64,000 nucleotides of DNA from Actinomycetes bacterium (GCA_965657825.1 CBFHQG010000002.1:2290-66289); one strand, 5' to 3'; positions 34,736 through 44,823 are shown, counted from the first letter of the stretch. Made by a program: numbers and translations. Notes: generated by a model from the sequence alone, not told the origin.

Positions 34736-35599
34736 ATGTCACACATTCAGTCGTCACCATCCCCCGATGTCATTCGATCTCCGCAGGAGGTGAGTCGTGA
34801 CCTGATCGATTTGCTGCTGCACCGTCCCACGATGGACGAGGTGTCGCAGTTCCTCACACTCAGCGGACTACCCTCGCTTCAACCTCGCCAGACCGCCATC
34901 TATGCGGTGGATTCGAGTAGTCGACTTCGTCTTCTTGGTGCCTTCGGCACCGAGCAGAACAGGGGGGACTTCGATCGGCGCTCGGCACTGGACACCCCGC
35001 TCGTCAGCGATGTTCTGCGTTGGCAGCTGCCGCAGACGAATCTGAGCGTGCCCGATGCGGAGGGCTCGAGGACGGTTCCCCCCGAAGGCCCTCAGATCGT
35101 GTGGCCTCTCGCTACGCCTTCGCGGTTGCGCGGGATCTTGCAGGTTCGCTTCGATTCAGAGCAGATCGCGCCGGAAGCCGAAGCGGAATTGACCGCCCTT
35201 GCGCCCATCCTCGCCCTCGTCCTGGAATGGCTGAGTGCACCGGAGGAGGCCTCGAGCAGTGGTTACGCAAGGCACTGGGGCTCCTGGTCGCAGACTCAGC
35301 AAGGCGAGGCGCCATCGACCAGTGGACAGCCGCAGCATGCGAGTGCTGATTGGCGACGCGGTATTGATCGGGGGCGACCGAAGTCGCTGTCAGCTCGTCA
35401 GCAGCGGGTCCTTGAACTCATGGCGCAGGGGATGACGAACGGGCAGATCGCCCGGGCGTTGAAATTCAGTGAGTCCACCGTCCGGCAGGAGACGATGGCG
35501 ATCTACCGATACCTGCAGGTGCCGGGTCGGGTCGAGGCAGTCGATGCTGCGATCGATCGTGGGATCCTGCCCCAACCCGACCCGACCGTCAACGCATGA
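34736..35599 (+). CDS. LuxR-family transcriptional regulator with N-terminal GAF-like sensor region
   Basis: Good SD (gggagagg) before the ATG at 34736. C-terminal HTH LSARQQRVLELMAQGMTNGQIARALKFSESTVRQETMAIYRYL. Confidence 0.75.
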   Translation: MSHIQSSPSPDVIRSPQEVSRDLIDLLLHRPTMDEVSQFLTLSGLPSLQPRQTAIYAVDSSSRLRLLGAFGTEQNRGDFDRRSALDTPLVSDVLRWQLPQTNLSVPDAEGSRTVPPEGPQIVWPLATPSRLRGILQVRFDSEQIAPEAEAELTALAPILALVLEWLSAPEEASSSGYARHWGSWSQTQQGEAPSTSGQPQHASADWRRGIDRGRPKSLSARQQRVLELMAQGMTNGQIARALKFSESTVRQETMAIYRYLQVPGRVEAVDAAIDRGILPQPDPTVNA

Positions 35600-35601
35600 G
35601 T

Positions 35602-35624
35602 GACGATCGAATGCACCGATCGTC
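35602..35624 (+). terminator. Hairpin directly after the LuxR-type gene stop
   Basis: gacgatcg-aatgcac-cgatcgtc: 8-bp stem, 7-nt loop, no clear U-tract. Confidence 0.35.
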
Positions 35625-35835
35625 AGGACTTAATCGCGATATGTCGGCTGCGAGATGTGCCGCATAGGCGATCGCCCGGTCTGCACACTCGCATTCATTG
35701 GTCCTCCATCCGTTGGTCGAGGCCGGGGATTCTCCCCGCCTGTCATCGAACGTAGGTCGGGTTCGCGCGCCGGGTTACCGGATACAGATCCAGTGAATGG
35801 TCACACTCCACTCCACCTAGAAGGGCTACGTCAGC

Positions 35836-37167
35836 ATGCTTGCCTCACAGTCCTATTGGAATCGCGATCACGCCGGGCGCCAGTTGGCCAGGGCGCTGCG
35901 CCGATACTCGATGGCTCACCCATTGATCCTGGCGCTGACCTCCGAGGGTGTCGTCGTGGCACGACAGGTCGCCGAGCGTCTCAGCGCTGAGTTGGATGCG
36001 CTCGTCGTCGTTGAGGTCACTGATCCGAACGACCCGGGTGTCACGATCGGTGCGGTCAGCGAAGGTGGCGTCTCGATACTCGATCGCAACACCTGCGAAC
36101 GCCAAGGGCTGGATCCGGTTGATGTAGAGGCGGCTGTCCACCGAGGTATGAGTGAGGTGAAGCGGAGGGTACTCGCGATCAGAGGGGGCCGGCCACTCGT
36201 CGACGTGACGAATCGCCTCGTCATCGTCGTCGATGACGGGATAGAAAGCGGTGTACGGATGAGTTCGGCGGTGGCCTACGTTCGCCGGGCGGGAGCAGCA
36301 CGAGTGGTGGTGGCAGCCCCCCTGGGTTGGCGGACCGCTGTGGAGAACCTCCAGACGGTCGCCGACGAGGTGGTCTGCCCGGCCGTAGTGAGCGAGGCCC
36401 GCTCGATCGATGACCGCTACGAAGAAGACGAGGTTGTCACTGACTCTGAGATCGCCACGATCCTGCGGCTGTCATCGCGACACGATGTCGTCGTCTCCGT
36501 CACCGATCCGCATCATCGAGGGTGGCAGGTGCACAGCACGCTCGGGATTCCACGCGGAGCCCACGGTGTGGTCGTCTTCGCGCACGGTAGCGGAAGCAGC
36601 AGGCTCAGTCCGCGCAACCAGGAGGTTGCTGCGTCCTTGAACGAGGCTGGATTCGCCACGGTTCTGTTCGATCTGCTCACCGAGGACGAATCCCATGATC
36701 GCTCCCTCGTATTCGATATCAACTACCTCGCTGAGCGACTCATCGCGGTCGTCGACTGGTGTGCTCAAGACGATCGGCTCGGCGACCTGCCCCTCGGCCT
36801 CTTCGGGGCGAGCACAGGTGCGGCAGCAGCATTGGCAGCAGCGGCCCGACGTCCTGCTGTCGTCCGTGCAGTCGTCTCCCGAGGTGGCCGACCGGATCTG
36901 GCTGAAACCAGCCTGAGGTCGGTGGAGGCGCCCACGCTACTGATCGTCGGCGGTGATGATGCAGAGGTGCTCACGTTGAATGAGTTCGCCCTCGAGCGAC
37001 TCGGTGGCCCCGCCCGGCTGGAGATCATTCCAGGAGCCACACACCTATTCGAGGAACCAGGAGCTATGAATCGGGTGAGTCTTCTTGCAGCCTCGTGGTT
37101 CGACGAGTTCATGACGGTCGCGGAGCGGGTAAGCGGCAGCTTGATCCGCTACCGCCGGACATCATGA
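35836..37167 (+). CDS. Phosphoribosyltransferase domain fused to dienelactone-hydrolase-like alpha/beta hydrolase
   Basis: PRTase PRPP loop VIVVDDGIESGVRM. C-terminal VVFAHGSGSSRLSPRN...GASTGAAAAL...GATHLFEE hydrolase triad context. 443 aa, same architecture as mycobacterial Rv0571c-type proteins. Confidence 0.75.
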   Translation: MLASQSYWNRDHAGRQLARALRRYSMAHPLILALTSEGVVVARQVAERLSAELDALVVVEVTDPNDPGVTIGAVSEGGVSILDRNTCERQGLDPVDVEAAVHRGMSEVKRRVLAIRGGRPLVDVTNRLVIVVDDGIESGVRMSSAVAYVRRAGAARVVVAAPLGWRTAVENLQTVADEVVCPAVVSEARSIDDRYEEDEVVTDSEIATILRLSSRHDVVVSVTDPHHRGWQVHSTLGIPRGAHGVVVFAHGSGSSRLSPRNQEVAASLNEAGFATVLFDLLTEDESHDRSLVFDINYLAERLIAVVDWCAQDDRLGDLPLGLFGASTGAAAALAAAARRPAVVRAVVSRGGRPDLAETSLRSVEAPTLLIVGGDDAEVLTLNEFALERLGGPARLEIIPGATHLFEEPGAMNRVSLLAASWFDEFMTVAERVSGSLIRYRRTS

Positions 37168-37231
37168 GGGGAACCAAGCGGTTCCACCGTGCGTCTGTCC
37201 ACCAACCGACGATGTAAAGGAGACTCTGACT

Positions 37232-37834
37232 ATGCGCACGCTATTGAAGCCTGTCGTAGCGATACCTGTGGGCATCGTCGTCGTCCTAGCCCTAGCGGCG
37301 GGTCTGTACCTGTTCCAGCCCTGGCGACTGTTCACCACGGTCGAGGTCGTTGAGGCGGTACCCACCTCCGCAAGTGACCTAGCGGTCTCCGATGATGTGT
37401 CCGCTGCCCCTCCCACTGTCACTGAGCAACCCGGTGCTACACCCAGCCCGAGTGAGTCAGCGACTCCTGCACCTGTCGAACCGATCGTGCTGGTCGAGGG
37501 TTCCTTCATCTCCCATGAGCACGAGACGACTGGCCGGGTGCGAATCCTGGAGCTGGCCGATGGCACTCGCGTGTTGCGCATCGAAGGCCTGTCCACCAGC
37601 GATGGTCCGGATCTGAAAGTCTGGCTGAGCGATCAACCTGTCATCGATGGGGTCGACGGATGGGGAGTTTTCGATGATGGTGCCTACCTCAGCCTGGGGG
37701 ATCTGAAGGGCAACGTGGGCGATCAGAACTATGCGATTCCAGATGATGTCGAGATCGGTGACTTCGGCGCGGTGTCGATCTGGTGCGAGCGGTTCGCGGT
37801 GTCTTTCGGTGCGGCGGAGTTGCTGCCAGCCTGA
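37232..37834 (+). CDS. DM13 domain-containing membrane-anchored protein
   Basis: N-terminal TM, then GSFISHEHETTGRVRILELADGTRVLRIEGLSTSDGPDLKVWLS...VSIWCERFAVSFGAAEL. SD aaaggag upstream. Confidence 0.75.
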   Translation: MRTLLKPVVAIPVGIVVVLALAAGLYLFQPWRLFTTVEVVEAVPTSASDLAVSDDVSAAPPTVTEQPGATPSPSESATPAPVEPIVLVEGSFISHEHETTGRVRILELADGTRVLRIEGLSTSDGPDLKVWLSDQPVIDGVDGWGVFDDGAYLSLGDLKGNVGDQNYAIPDDVEIGDFGAVSIWCERFAVSFGAAELLPA

Positions 37835-37846
37835 CCGCCGTAGGAG

Positions 37847-39595
37847 TCAGAAGGCCGCTTCGTCGAGGCTGACGTAGAGGCTGTCCTTATCGGCGAGCAG
37901 ATCGAACATGCAATCCACCTTCGGGAGCTCACGGCTGAAGAAGTATTCAGCGGCCATGCGTTTGCCAGCGTAGAAGTCGTCATCACCGGTGGCGACAAGT
38001 TCAACGTCGAGCCACATCCAGGAGACGACGACGTGGCCGACAGCTTCGAGGTAGGTTGTCGCATCGGCGAGGGCGGTCATGGGGTCACGGTCAGCCCAGA
38101 GAGCTGCGGTCACCTCGAGCATGCGCTGCATCCGGGCGGCCAGGGCATCAGCGTGCTGTGCAGGTGCACCGCCGGCCGCGCGTCCCCGCTCGATCGTCGC
38201 CTGCATGCGCTGGGCCAGTGCACCGAGGGCCGCTCCGTTGTGCATCGTCACCTTGCGGCCGAGCAGATCGAGGGCCTGGATGCCGTGTGTGCCCTCGTGG
38301 ATGTGGTTGAGACGGTTGTCCCGCCAGCGCTGCTCGACCGAGTACTCCCGGGTGTAGCCGTAGCCGCCGTGGATCTGGATAGCGTGGTCATTTGCGCGCA
38401 GGCACCACTCTGAGGGCCAGCTCTTCGCGATGGGGGTGAGGATCTCCAGGAGCAGCTCGGTCGCCTCGGTGTCCTCGCCGGTCTGCAGTTCGTCCACCAG
38501 CATGCCGCAGAACAACTCCAGGGCCAGGCCGCCTTCGACATAGGACTTCGAGGCGAGAAGCATGCGACGCACATCGGCATGTTCGATGATCGGCACCATC
38601 GGCGCGTTCGGATCCTTCGCGCCGACTGGTCGACCCTGTGGCCGGTTGCGGGCGTAGTCCAGTGCGGTCAGGTAACCCGCGTAACCTTGAGCGACCGCGC
38701 CGCTTCCTACTGCAATACGAGCCTCGTTCATCATGTGGAACATGTAGGCCAGGCCCTTGTTCTCCTCACCCACGAGATAGCCGATCGAGCCATCGTTCTC
38801 ACCGAAGTTCAGCAGGCAGTTGGTCAGGCCTCGCTGCCCCATCTTGTGGTTGAGCCCCGCGAGACTCACATCGTTACTCGAGCCGTCCTCGCGCACTTTC
38901 GGGACGATGAACAGCGAGATGCCCTTGACTCCGGGAGGTGCCCCGGGGACGCGCGCTAGAACCAGGTGCACGATGTTCTCACTCAGCTCATGGTCGCCGC
39001 CGGAGATCCACATCTTGTTGCCGTGGATCCGGTATGTGCCATCGCCTTGAGGTTCGGCTCGGGTGGTGATGTCAGATAGTGACGAGCCGGCCTGCGGTTC
39101 GCTCAGGCACATCGTGCCGAAGTACCGGCCCTCGATCATGGGCGGCACCCACCGCTCGATCTGCTCTGGAGTGCCGTACGCCAAAAGTAGATTCGCATTG
39201 GCCCGAGTGAGGAACGAATAACCTGAGGTGGCGACGTTGGCAGCAGAGAACCAGATGCCGATTGCCTGGGAGATGACGCTGGGCACCTCGATCCCACCGA
39301 CCTCCTCGGGCATGGACAAGCCACCGAATCCGGCCTCGTAATAGGCGGCGAGCGCGGGGGCGACCTCGGGATTGACCCGCACCGAGGTGCCGTCGAAGAT
39401 CGGCTCCTCGGCGTCGTTGCGGTGGTTGTGGGTGGCGAACTTGTCTTCGGCCAGTCGCTCGGCGAGGTCCATCAGGTCGTCGACGGCCTGTCGATCTAGT
39501 TCACCGTAGGTTCCGTTGGCGAGGAGCTTCTCGCTTGCCAGCCACTCGTACAGCAGGAAGTCCACATCGCGACGCGATAGAAGTCGGGACGACAT
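37847..39595 (-). CDS. Long acyl-CoA dehydrogenase (about 580 aa, with extra C-terminal domain)
   Basis: ACAD N, middle and C domains ([33 protein letters not shown]), then an extended helical C-terminus. Confidence 0.85.
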   Translation of the reverse strand: MSSRLLSRRDVDFLLYEWLASEKLLANGTYGELDRQAVDDLMDLAERLAEDKFATHNHRNDAEEPIFDGTSVRVNPEVAPALAAYYEAGFGGLSMPEEVGGIEVPSVISQAIGIWFSAANVATSGYSFLTRANANLLLAYGTPEQIERWVPPMIEGRYFGTMCLSEPQAGSSLSDITTRAEPQGDGTYRIHGNKMWISGGDHELSENIVHLVLARVPGAPPGVKGISLFIVPKVREDGSSNDVSLAGLNHKMGQRGLTNCLLNFGENDGSIGYLVGEENKGLAYMFHMMNEARIAVGSGAVAQGYAGYLTALDYARNRPQGRPVGAKDPNAPMVPIIEHADVRRMLLASKSYVEGGLALELFCGMLVDELQTGEDTEATELLLEILTPIAKSWPSEWCLRANDHAIQIHGGYGYTREYSVEQRWRDNRLNHIHEGTHGIQALDLLGRKVTMHNGAALGALAQRMQATIERGRAAGGAPAQHADALAARMQRMLEVTAALWADRDPMTALADATTYLEAVGHVVVSWMWLDVELVATGDDDFYAGKRMAAEYFFSRELPKVDCMFDLLADKDSLYVSLDEAAF

Positions 39596-39693
39596 CGGGA
39601 TCCTCGATTCGGTGAAGGTGTGTCCGTGCTGGACTCACCCTGCCACACAGAGTGGTGTCACGTTGATTGATCGCCCTCATAGGAGCTGGTGGA

Positions 39694-40461
39694 TTACTCG
39701 TCGTGGGGTATCGGGGCAGCCAGGAGTGCGGTTGCGGGTGAGCTGGCGTCGCGGGTGACCACTGCGCGGGAGACCGCTGTCAGTGAGAGCCCCGTGACGT
39801 GCGCGGCATCCACCAACCGTGCCGTGGCTTCCTCTGAGTCGATCGTGAACCTCTGGGCGAGCATTCCTCGGGCTTGATCGAAGATGTTGCGCGCCTCGAC
39901 CGCCTTGTGAATGCGTTGGATGACCAGCATGGTGTCGGTCTGGGTATCGACCTGCAGGAGTGAGAGGGTGGCGGTATCCGCTAGCGCCTGGGCTACGACG
40001 AGCCGGTCGGGGCTCAACGCCTGAGTGGTGAACAGGTTCAACGCCCCGATCGCGACGTGTCGGGAACGCAGCGGCAGGGCGTACACGGCGGCGAAGCCCT
40101 TGTCGCGGACCAGGGAGGCGAATCGTGGCCAGGGCCCGGTGGGCGAGAGGTCGAGATCGAAAACCTGCTCCCCGGTCTGCAGGCACACCAGACACGGTCC
40201 CTGCTCGTTTTGCACCTGGAATAAATCCAATAGATGGGCCGAGGGGCTCGAGGCTCCGATGACCTGCAGGTCGCCGGCCGCATCGCGCAGCAGGATCCCC
40301 GCACCGGCTACGGGGAGGATCGCGACGCACCGCTGGGCGAGATGGGTGAAGATCTCAATGGTCTCGGCCCCCCTGGCGATGGCGCCGGTGATCTCGATCA
40401 GGGTCTCGGCGACCTCGGTGGAGTCTGGGTCCAGTCTCGGACTCATCGTCTCCTCTGACAT
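39694..40461 (-). CDS. GAF + ANTAR domain RNA-binding regulator
   Basis: Trimmed to MSEETMSPRL at 40461. GAF region, then ANTAR helices IFDQARGMLAQRFTIDSEEATARLVDAAHVTGLSLTAVSRAVV. Confidence 0.75.
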   Translation of the reverse strand: MSEETMSPRLDPDSTEVAETLIEITGAIARGAETIEIFTHLAQRCVAILPVAGAGILLRDAAGDLQVIGASSPSAHLLDLFQVQNEQGPCLVCLQTGEQVFDLDLSPTGPWPRFASLVRDKGFAAVYALPLRSRHVAIGALNLFTTQALSPDRLVVAQALADTATLSLLQVDTQTDTMLVIQRIHKAVEARNIFDQARGMLAQRFTIDSEEATARLVDAAHVTGLSLTAVSRAVVTRDASSPATALLAAPIPHDE

Positions 40462-40477
40462 GGTTCTTCCCCTTTTC

Positions 40478-41173
40478 TCACAGGTCGAGCACGATGCGTC
40501 CGGCCACGACCATGCGGGCAACTTCAGTAACGGTCAATTCCCTGGTGAAAGCATGGGCTCTCAGACGAACGAGAGCATCGACGATGCTGATGGAGAAGCG
40601 TTCGGCGATCATGCCCACCGCGAATTGAACGGTGGACTGGTCGTAGGAGAGGGGATCGATCGCTTGCTCGGCGAGCTCGGGCTGGCCTGAGAGGCTGCGG
40701 ACGATCTCGGCCCCAGCGAAGGTGGCGAGAACAAGGCCGTAGGTGAATTGCTCGGATGTCAGCGCGCCCGGCTGAGCCCGGTAGGCCGACATCACGCCGA
40801 GATTGGCGGCACCGATCCGAAGCGGGAAGGCGAAGATCGCCCGGGCGTCATCTCGGGGGGCGACCGAGGAGAACAGGGGCCACCGCACCGTACTGGCGTG
40901 ATCGAGGAGATCCTCGGCGAGGATCGGATCGATCGAGTTCACCGCCGCGAAGGTCGGGCCGTCCCCGATGGCGAACTGCTGATCATCGAGGGATGCACCG
41001 AGCGTGGAGCTGCTCCCCATGGGGGCGTAGGTGCCATCGATGACCAGGGCGATGCTGAGAGTTGTCACACCCAGGAGGCCCAAACCGGCGGTGCAGATGC
41101 GTGATGCCTGGGGTACGTCAGCATCGGTCTGATCGATGAGGGTGGCGACGTGATGCCAGCGACTATCTCCCAT
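40478..41173 (-). CDS. GAF + ANTAR domain RNA-binding regulator (second copy)
   Basis: ANTAR motif VQFAVGMIAERFSISIVDALVRLRAHAFTRELTVTEVARMVV. Lies 16 nt upstream of the first copy. Confidence 0.75.
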   Translation of the reverse strand: MGDSRWHHVATLIDQTDADVPQASRICTAGLGLLGVTTLSIALVIDGTYAPMGSSSTLGASLDDQQFAIGDGPTFAAVNSIDPILAEDLLDHASTVRWPLFSSVAPRDDARAIFAFPLRIGAANLGVMSAYRAQPGALTSEQFTYGLVLATFAGAEIVRSLSGQPELAEQAIDPLSYDQSTVQFAVGMIAERFSISIVDALVRLRAHAFTRELTVTEVARMVVAGRIVLDL

Positions 41174-41523
41174 GACGCCGACCCAGACCGTGCATCTTCA
41201 ACGCGGCGCCAATCATCGGGGGGATACGACCTGCCAGAGAAACAGTACTGGAGTGGGTGGAAGCCACCTCGAATTCGTAGGCTGCTGCCTGTTCAGTGAC
41301 CGGTTAATACGGGTGGTTCACCCGACGCTCACTCCCCGGTGCCAACCGCAAGGGTGTTTTCCGGATCGTGGCTCACCAGTCTTCGGGCACCGGACCAACC
41401 GGCACGATCCCGTCGTGATGACCTGAACCGTCACGTGCGGAGGCGCTGCCTGGGTCGCGTGCAAGTCCCCGACCGGGTTCCCGAGCGAGCGGTGTACCTG
41501 GTGAAGTGTGCTTGACTTCGTCT

Positions 41524-42684
41524 ATGCGTCGGACTGGATCACTCCGGCGCATACCAGTAGCGGTAGCCGTCTCGGCACTGGTACTCGGTGGCTGCCTGTC
41601 CCCGTCGTCCACCGGGACGGATTCTGAACTCAGGACGATTCTGGATGACATCCGACAGTCCAATGCATCCGCGTGGAGTGTGGAAGTCCCGGGTCTAGGC
41701 GCATCGGTCGTTTCGCAACGGGGGGTTGCTGCTGCGGTGTCCGGTTCGGCGGACCCTCCCGCTAACACACCGCTGACCCCATCGGATCGATTCCACGTCG
41801 GGAGCCTGACGAAGACATTCACGGCTGCGCTCATCATGGTGCTCGACCAGGAGGACACGCTGTCCCTCGATGATTCCATCTCGCGTTGGCTGGACTACCC
41901 GGGTGGAGATGACATCACGGTGCGCATGTTGCTTGGGCACACCAGTGGGATCGCGGACTTCACCTCTGCTGCCGGGTTGACCCGTGATGAGAGTCCTCAG
42001 GAGGCCATCGCCCTAGCTGCAGGGATGGCTCCGCTGTTCGAACCCGATTCGTCCTGGTCATACAGCAATACCAACTACATGATGCTCGGCCTGATCAGCG
42101 AGCTCGCATCTGGCGAGGACTGGGACACCCAGATTCGAGTTCGATTCCTGCAGCCCCTCGGTTTGGATTCGACCTATGTGTGGGCGGGGGCTGGTGAGGG
42201 ACCGACCATCGCTGGTTCCCGCTTGGCATGCGGCTACCCCGGTGAACCTGAGTGCACGCCAATGCCTGGACTCTCGCTACTGCCGGTCATCGATGGAGCG
42301 GATTGGACCCTGGCCTGGGCGGCTGGATCACTCGTGTCGACTCCACGGGACATGGCGCACTGGATGTCCGAACTTGTCGGCGGCGAGGTGCTCGATCGCG
42401 AGCACCGGGACCTGATGGCAACAGCGACGCCGCAATCGCAGTCAGCTCTGGCCGGAGTTCCGGCGTTCGGTCCTACCAGGTGGACGGGTGCTGGCCTGGG
42501 GCTACTGCAGTACGAGATCGATGGGCAGGGCACAGCGTGGGGGCACGAAGGATCCATCAATGGATTCGTCGCCAACGCCGCCTATCTTGTGGATTCTGAG
42601 GTGACTCTCGCAGTGACCTCGAATTTCGCGATGACCGATAGCTTCGCAGCACTCGGTGAGGTGGCCATTCGCATGGCAAAGTAG
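41524..42684 (+). CDS. Serine hydrolase, beta-lactamase/DD-peptidase (class C-like) family lipoprotein
   Basis: Signal/lipobox VAVSALVLGGC, SxxK motif FHVGSLTKTF, YSNTNY motif, HEGS-type third motif. Confidence 0.8.
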   Translation: MRRTGSLRRIPVAVAVSALVLGGCLSPSSTGTDSELRTILDDIRQSNASAWSVEVPGLGASVVSQRGVAAAVSGSADPPANTPLTPSDRFHVGSLTKTFTAALIMVLDQEDTLSLDDSISRWLDYPGGDDITVRMLLGHTSGIADFTSAAGLTRDESPQEAIALAAGMAPLFEPDSSWSYSNTNYMMLGLISELASGEDWDTQIRVRFLQPLGLDSTYVWAGAGEGPTIAGSRLACGYPGEPECTPMPGLSLLPVIDGADWTLAWAAGSLVSTPRDMAHWMSELVGGEVLDREHRDLMATATPQSQSALAGVPAFGPTRWTGAGLGLLQYEIDGQGTAWGHEGSINGFVANAAYLVDSEVTLAVTSNFAMTDSFAALGEVAIRMAK

Positions 42685-42859
42685 ACCTGCCCTGTACGTC
42701 TAGCGCAGGCGTTGGTGAGGGGTTCCGCGGGTGGAAAGGCGGAGCCCACGGGTCGCTAGCACATTCGCACTGGGCGCAGGATTCTGCCGGTGCGGGCTCG
42801 GTGCCAGGGCGTGAGGCCGCAGCACCGTTGAACGCGCATCGGGTAGCCGCGCGGACTAC

Positions 42860-42928
42860 CTTGGAGCGCATGCTTGCTTGGAACGCATGCTTGGAGTGCA
42901 CGCCTGGAATGCACGCGTGGAGGGCACG
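42860..42928 (+). repeat. Degenerate 13-nt tandem repeat (5 units) just upstream of the DUF11/FG-GAP/FKBP gene
   Basis: cttggagcgcatg / (cttg) cttggaacgcatg / cttggagtgcacg / cctggaatgcacg / cgtggagggcacg. It ends about 30 nt before the ATG at 42958. Coordinates +/-1. Confidence 0.65.
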
Positions 42929-42957
42929 GTGATGACGACGGCGGGGAATGGAATGCG

Positions 42958-44823
42958 ATGAAGGCTTCTCGGTTGATGCCACTGCTCGTGATCCCGAGCG
43001 CTGTAGCGCTCACGATCGTGGCTCCGCCGTCCATTGCCGCGGCGGATTCGGACATCACGCTCACCCTGCAGGACAACCTGGCCGATGGTGTGGAGCGGGA
43101 GTACGCGACGGCTGGCTCACAGGTCACCTACACCCTGACGGTTGAGAATGTCGGTGACGAGGCGGCCAATGGCGCAGCCGTCACCATGACCTTGCCGGCG
43201 GAGATTACCCAGACCACGTGGACGGCGGTCTATGCCGGAGACGCAGTGGGCCCGGATGTCGGGGCTGCGGCACCAGAGACGATGGTCGATCTACCCGCGG
43301 GGGGTAGTGCGACCTTCACGATCGTGGCCACGATCGCAGCGGATGCCGTGGCTGAGTTGGTCGCAACGGCGACGGTGGTCTATGGAGCACAAACGATCAC
43401 AGCAACCGACACCGACAGGCTGCTTCCCGCCAGCATCGGGGTGTCTCCGAGCTGGGGCGATGACGTCCCGCGTCATCGATCGTCTCGTTCGGATTCCACT
43501 CGTGGTCCGCGGGTGCAGTTGATCGACCCGTCGACTTCGGCGGTGCAGACTGAATTCCTCGCCTACAAGTCTGGTTTCCGCGGTGGAGTCCAAACGACGC
43601 TGGGCGATCTCGATGGTGATGGCGCCGCTGAAGTCGTCGTCGCACCCGGACCCGGGCGAGTCGGTGAGGTCCGGGTCTTCCCTGTTGCTGTCGATAACTC
43701 GGGCAACCTGACGGTGTCTCGAGATTCCACCTTCGACCTCCGACCGTTCGGATCCCGATACCGCGGCGGAATCGCTGTCACAGCGGGTGACTTCGATGGC
43801 GACGGATTGGCCGATCTTGCCGTGGCCAGGACGAGCGGCCGAGGCAAGGTCAAGGTCTACGTGTCGCGACCGAGCGGCACACAGCCTCTCGAGTTGAGCC
43901 GTTCCTTCTCGCCGCGCCCGATCACCGGTCCCTCACGCGTCACCCTTGCCGCGGGCGACTTCGGCACCTTCGGTGCGGGCGTGAGTGATCCCCTGCTTCC
44001 CGATGGCAGAGACGAACTCGTCGTTGCCGGTGGCGCGCGGTCGGGCGGCCAGGTGCAGATCCGTGACACGTCTCGGTCCGCCGTGCCGACGCTGCGCACC
44101 ATCCGCATCGCGAAGGTTTCACGCGAGGGTCTGCACGTCTCGGTCGCGCGGGTGTCCAAGGATGGGATCCCGGATCTGATCATCGCCCAGCGCCGGGGTA
44201 AGACGGTGAAGGTTGTCGTGCGCGACGGCGTGGTGGGCGATGATCCGAGCGCGCAACTGCTGTCCTTCACCACCGGCCGACATCGCACCGGCGCACAATC
44301 CTTCGCAGCCGGTATCGATTCCGACGGCGACGGTCGAGCCGATGCGATCCATGTGGGGTGGGTCGGGCGGAATGGCTCGAGGACGAGCGTGTTGCCGATC
44401 CTCGATCACTCGACTCGATCGGTCACGGTCGGTGACGCCGTTGTCAGCCCCTCGGATGTCCACGGTCCGATCGGAATGGTCGCGGCAGGTTCACCTCCGG
44501 GATTGGTCACCACAGCGAGCGGCCTGCAGTACCGGGACATCGTCGTGGGTACAGGCGCGCAGCCCTCAGGTGCTGCACCCACGGTGACCATCGACTATGC
44601 AGCGTGGCTCCTTGACGGCAGGCAGATCGAAGGTGGCAGTGGCGTGACTACCGGCCTGGAGGGGACGATCGTGGGTTTACAAGAGGGCATCTCCACCATG
44701 GGAGTCGGTGGTCGACGCCAGTTGATCATTCCCCCCACCCTGGCGTACGGCGATACGCAGACGGGGGACATTCCGCCGAACTCGACCCTGGTCTTCGATG
44801 TGCAACTGCTCGCCACGACCTGA
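42958..44823 (+). CDS. Secreted fusion protein: DUF11 repeat + FG-GAP/VCBS repeats + C-terminal FKBP-type peptidyl-prolyl isomerase
   Basis: Signal MKASRLMPLLVIPSAVALTIVAPPSIAAA. DUF11 (VTYTLTVENVGDEAANGAAVTMTLP). At least 5 FG-GAP units (GDLDGDGAAEVVV, GDFDGDGLADLAV...). FKBP (GLQYRDIVVGTG...VTIDYAAW...LIIPPTLAYGD...IPPNSTLVFDVQLL). Confidence 0.8.
   Translation: MKASRLMPLLVIPSAVALTIVAPPSIAAADSDITLTLQDNLADGVEREYATAGSQVTYTLTVENVGDEAANGAAVTMTLPAEITQTTWTAVYAGDAVGPDVGAAAPETMVDLPAGGSATFTIVATIAADAVAELVATATVVYGAQTITATDTDRLLPASIGVSPSWGDDVPRHRSSRSDSTRGPRVQLIDPSTSAVQTEFLAYKSGFRGGVQTTLGDLDGDGAAEVVVAPGPGRVGEVRVFPVAVDNSGNLTVSRDSTFDLRPFGSRYRGGIAVTAGDFDGDGLADLAVARTSGRGKVKVYVSRPSGTQPLELSRSFSPRPITGPSRVTLAAGDFGTFGAGVSDPLLPDGRDELVVAGGARSGGQVQIRDTSRSAVPTLRTIRIAKVSREGLHVSVARVSKDGIPDLIIAQRRGKTVKVVVRDGVVGDDPSAQLLSFTTGRHRTGAQSFAAGIDSDGDGRADAIHVGWVGRNGSRTSVLPILDHSTRSVTVGDAVVSPSDVHGPIGMVAAGSPPGLVTTASGLQYRDIVVGTGAQPSGAAPTVTIDYAAWLLDGRQIEGGSGVTTGLEGTIVGLQEGISTMGVGGRRQLIIPPTLAYGDTQTGDIPPNSTLVFDVQLLATT

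Noticed and set aside
41172-41426. 84-aa plus-strand ORF in the long gap after the GAF-ANTAR genes
   Set aside because: No motif, poor composition and no SD. Kept only as part of the gene-free-region observation.
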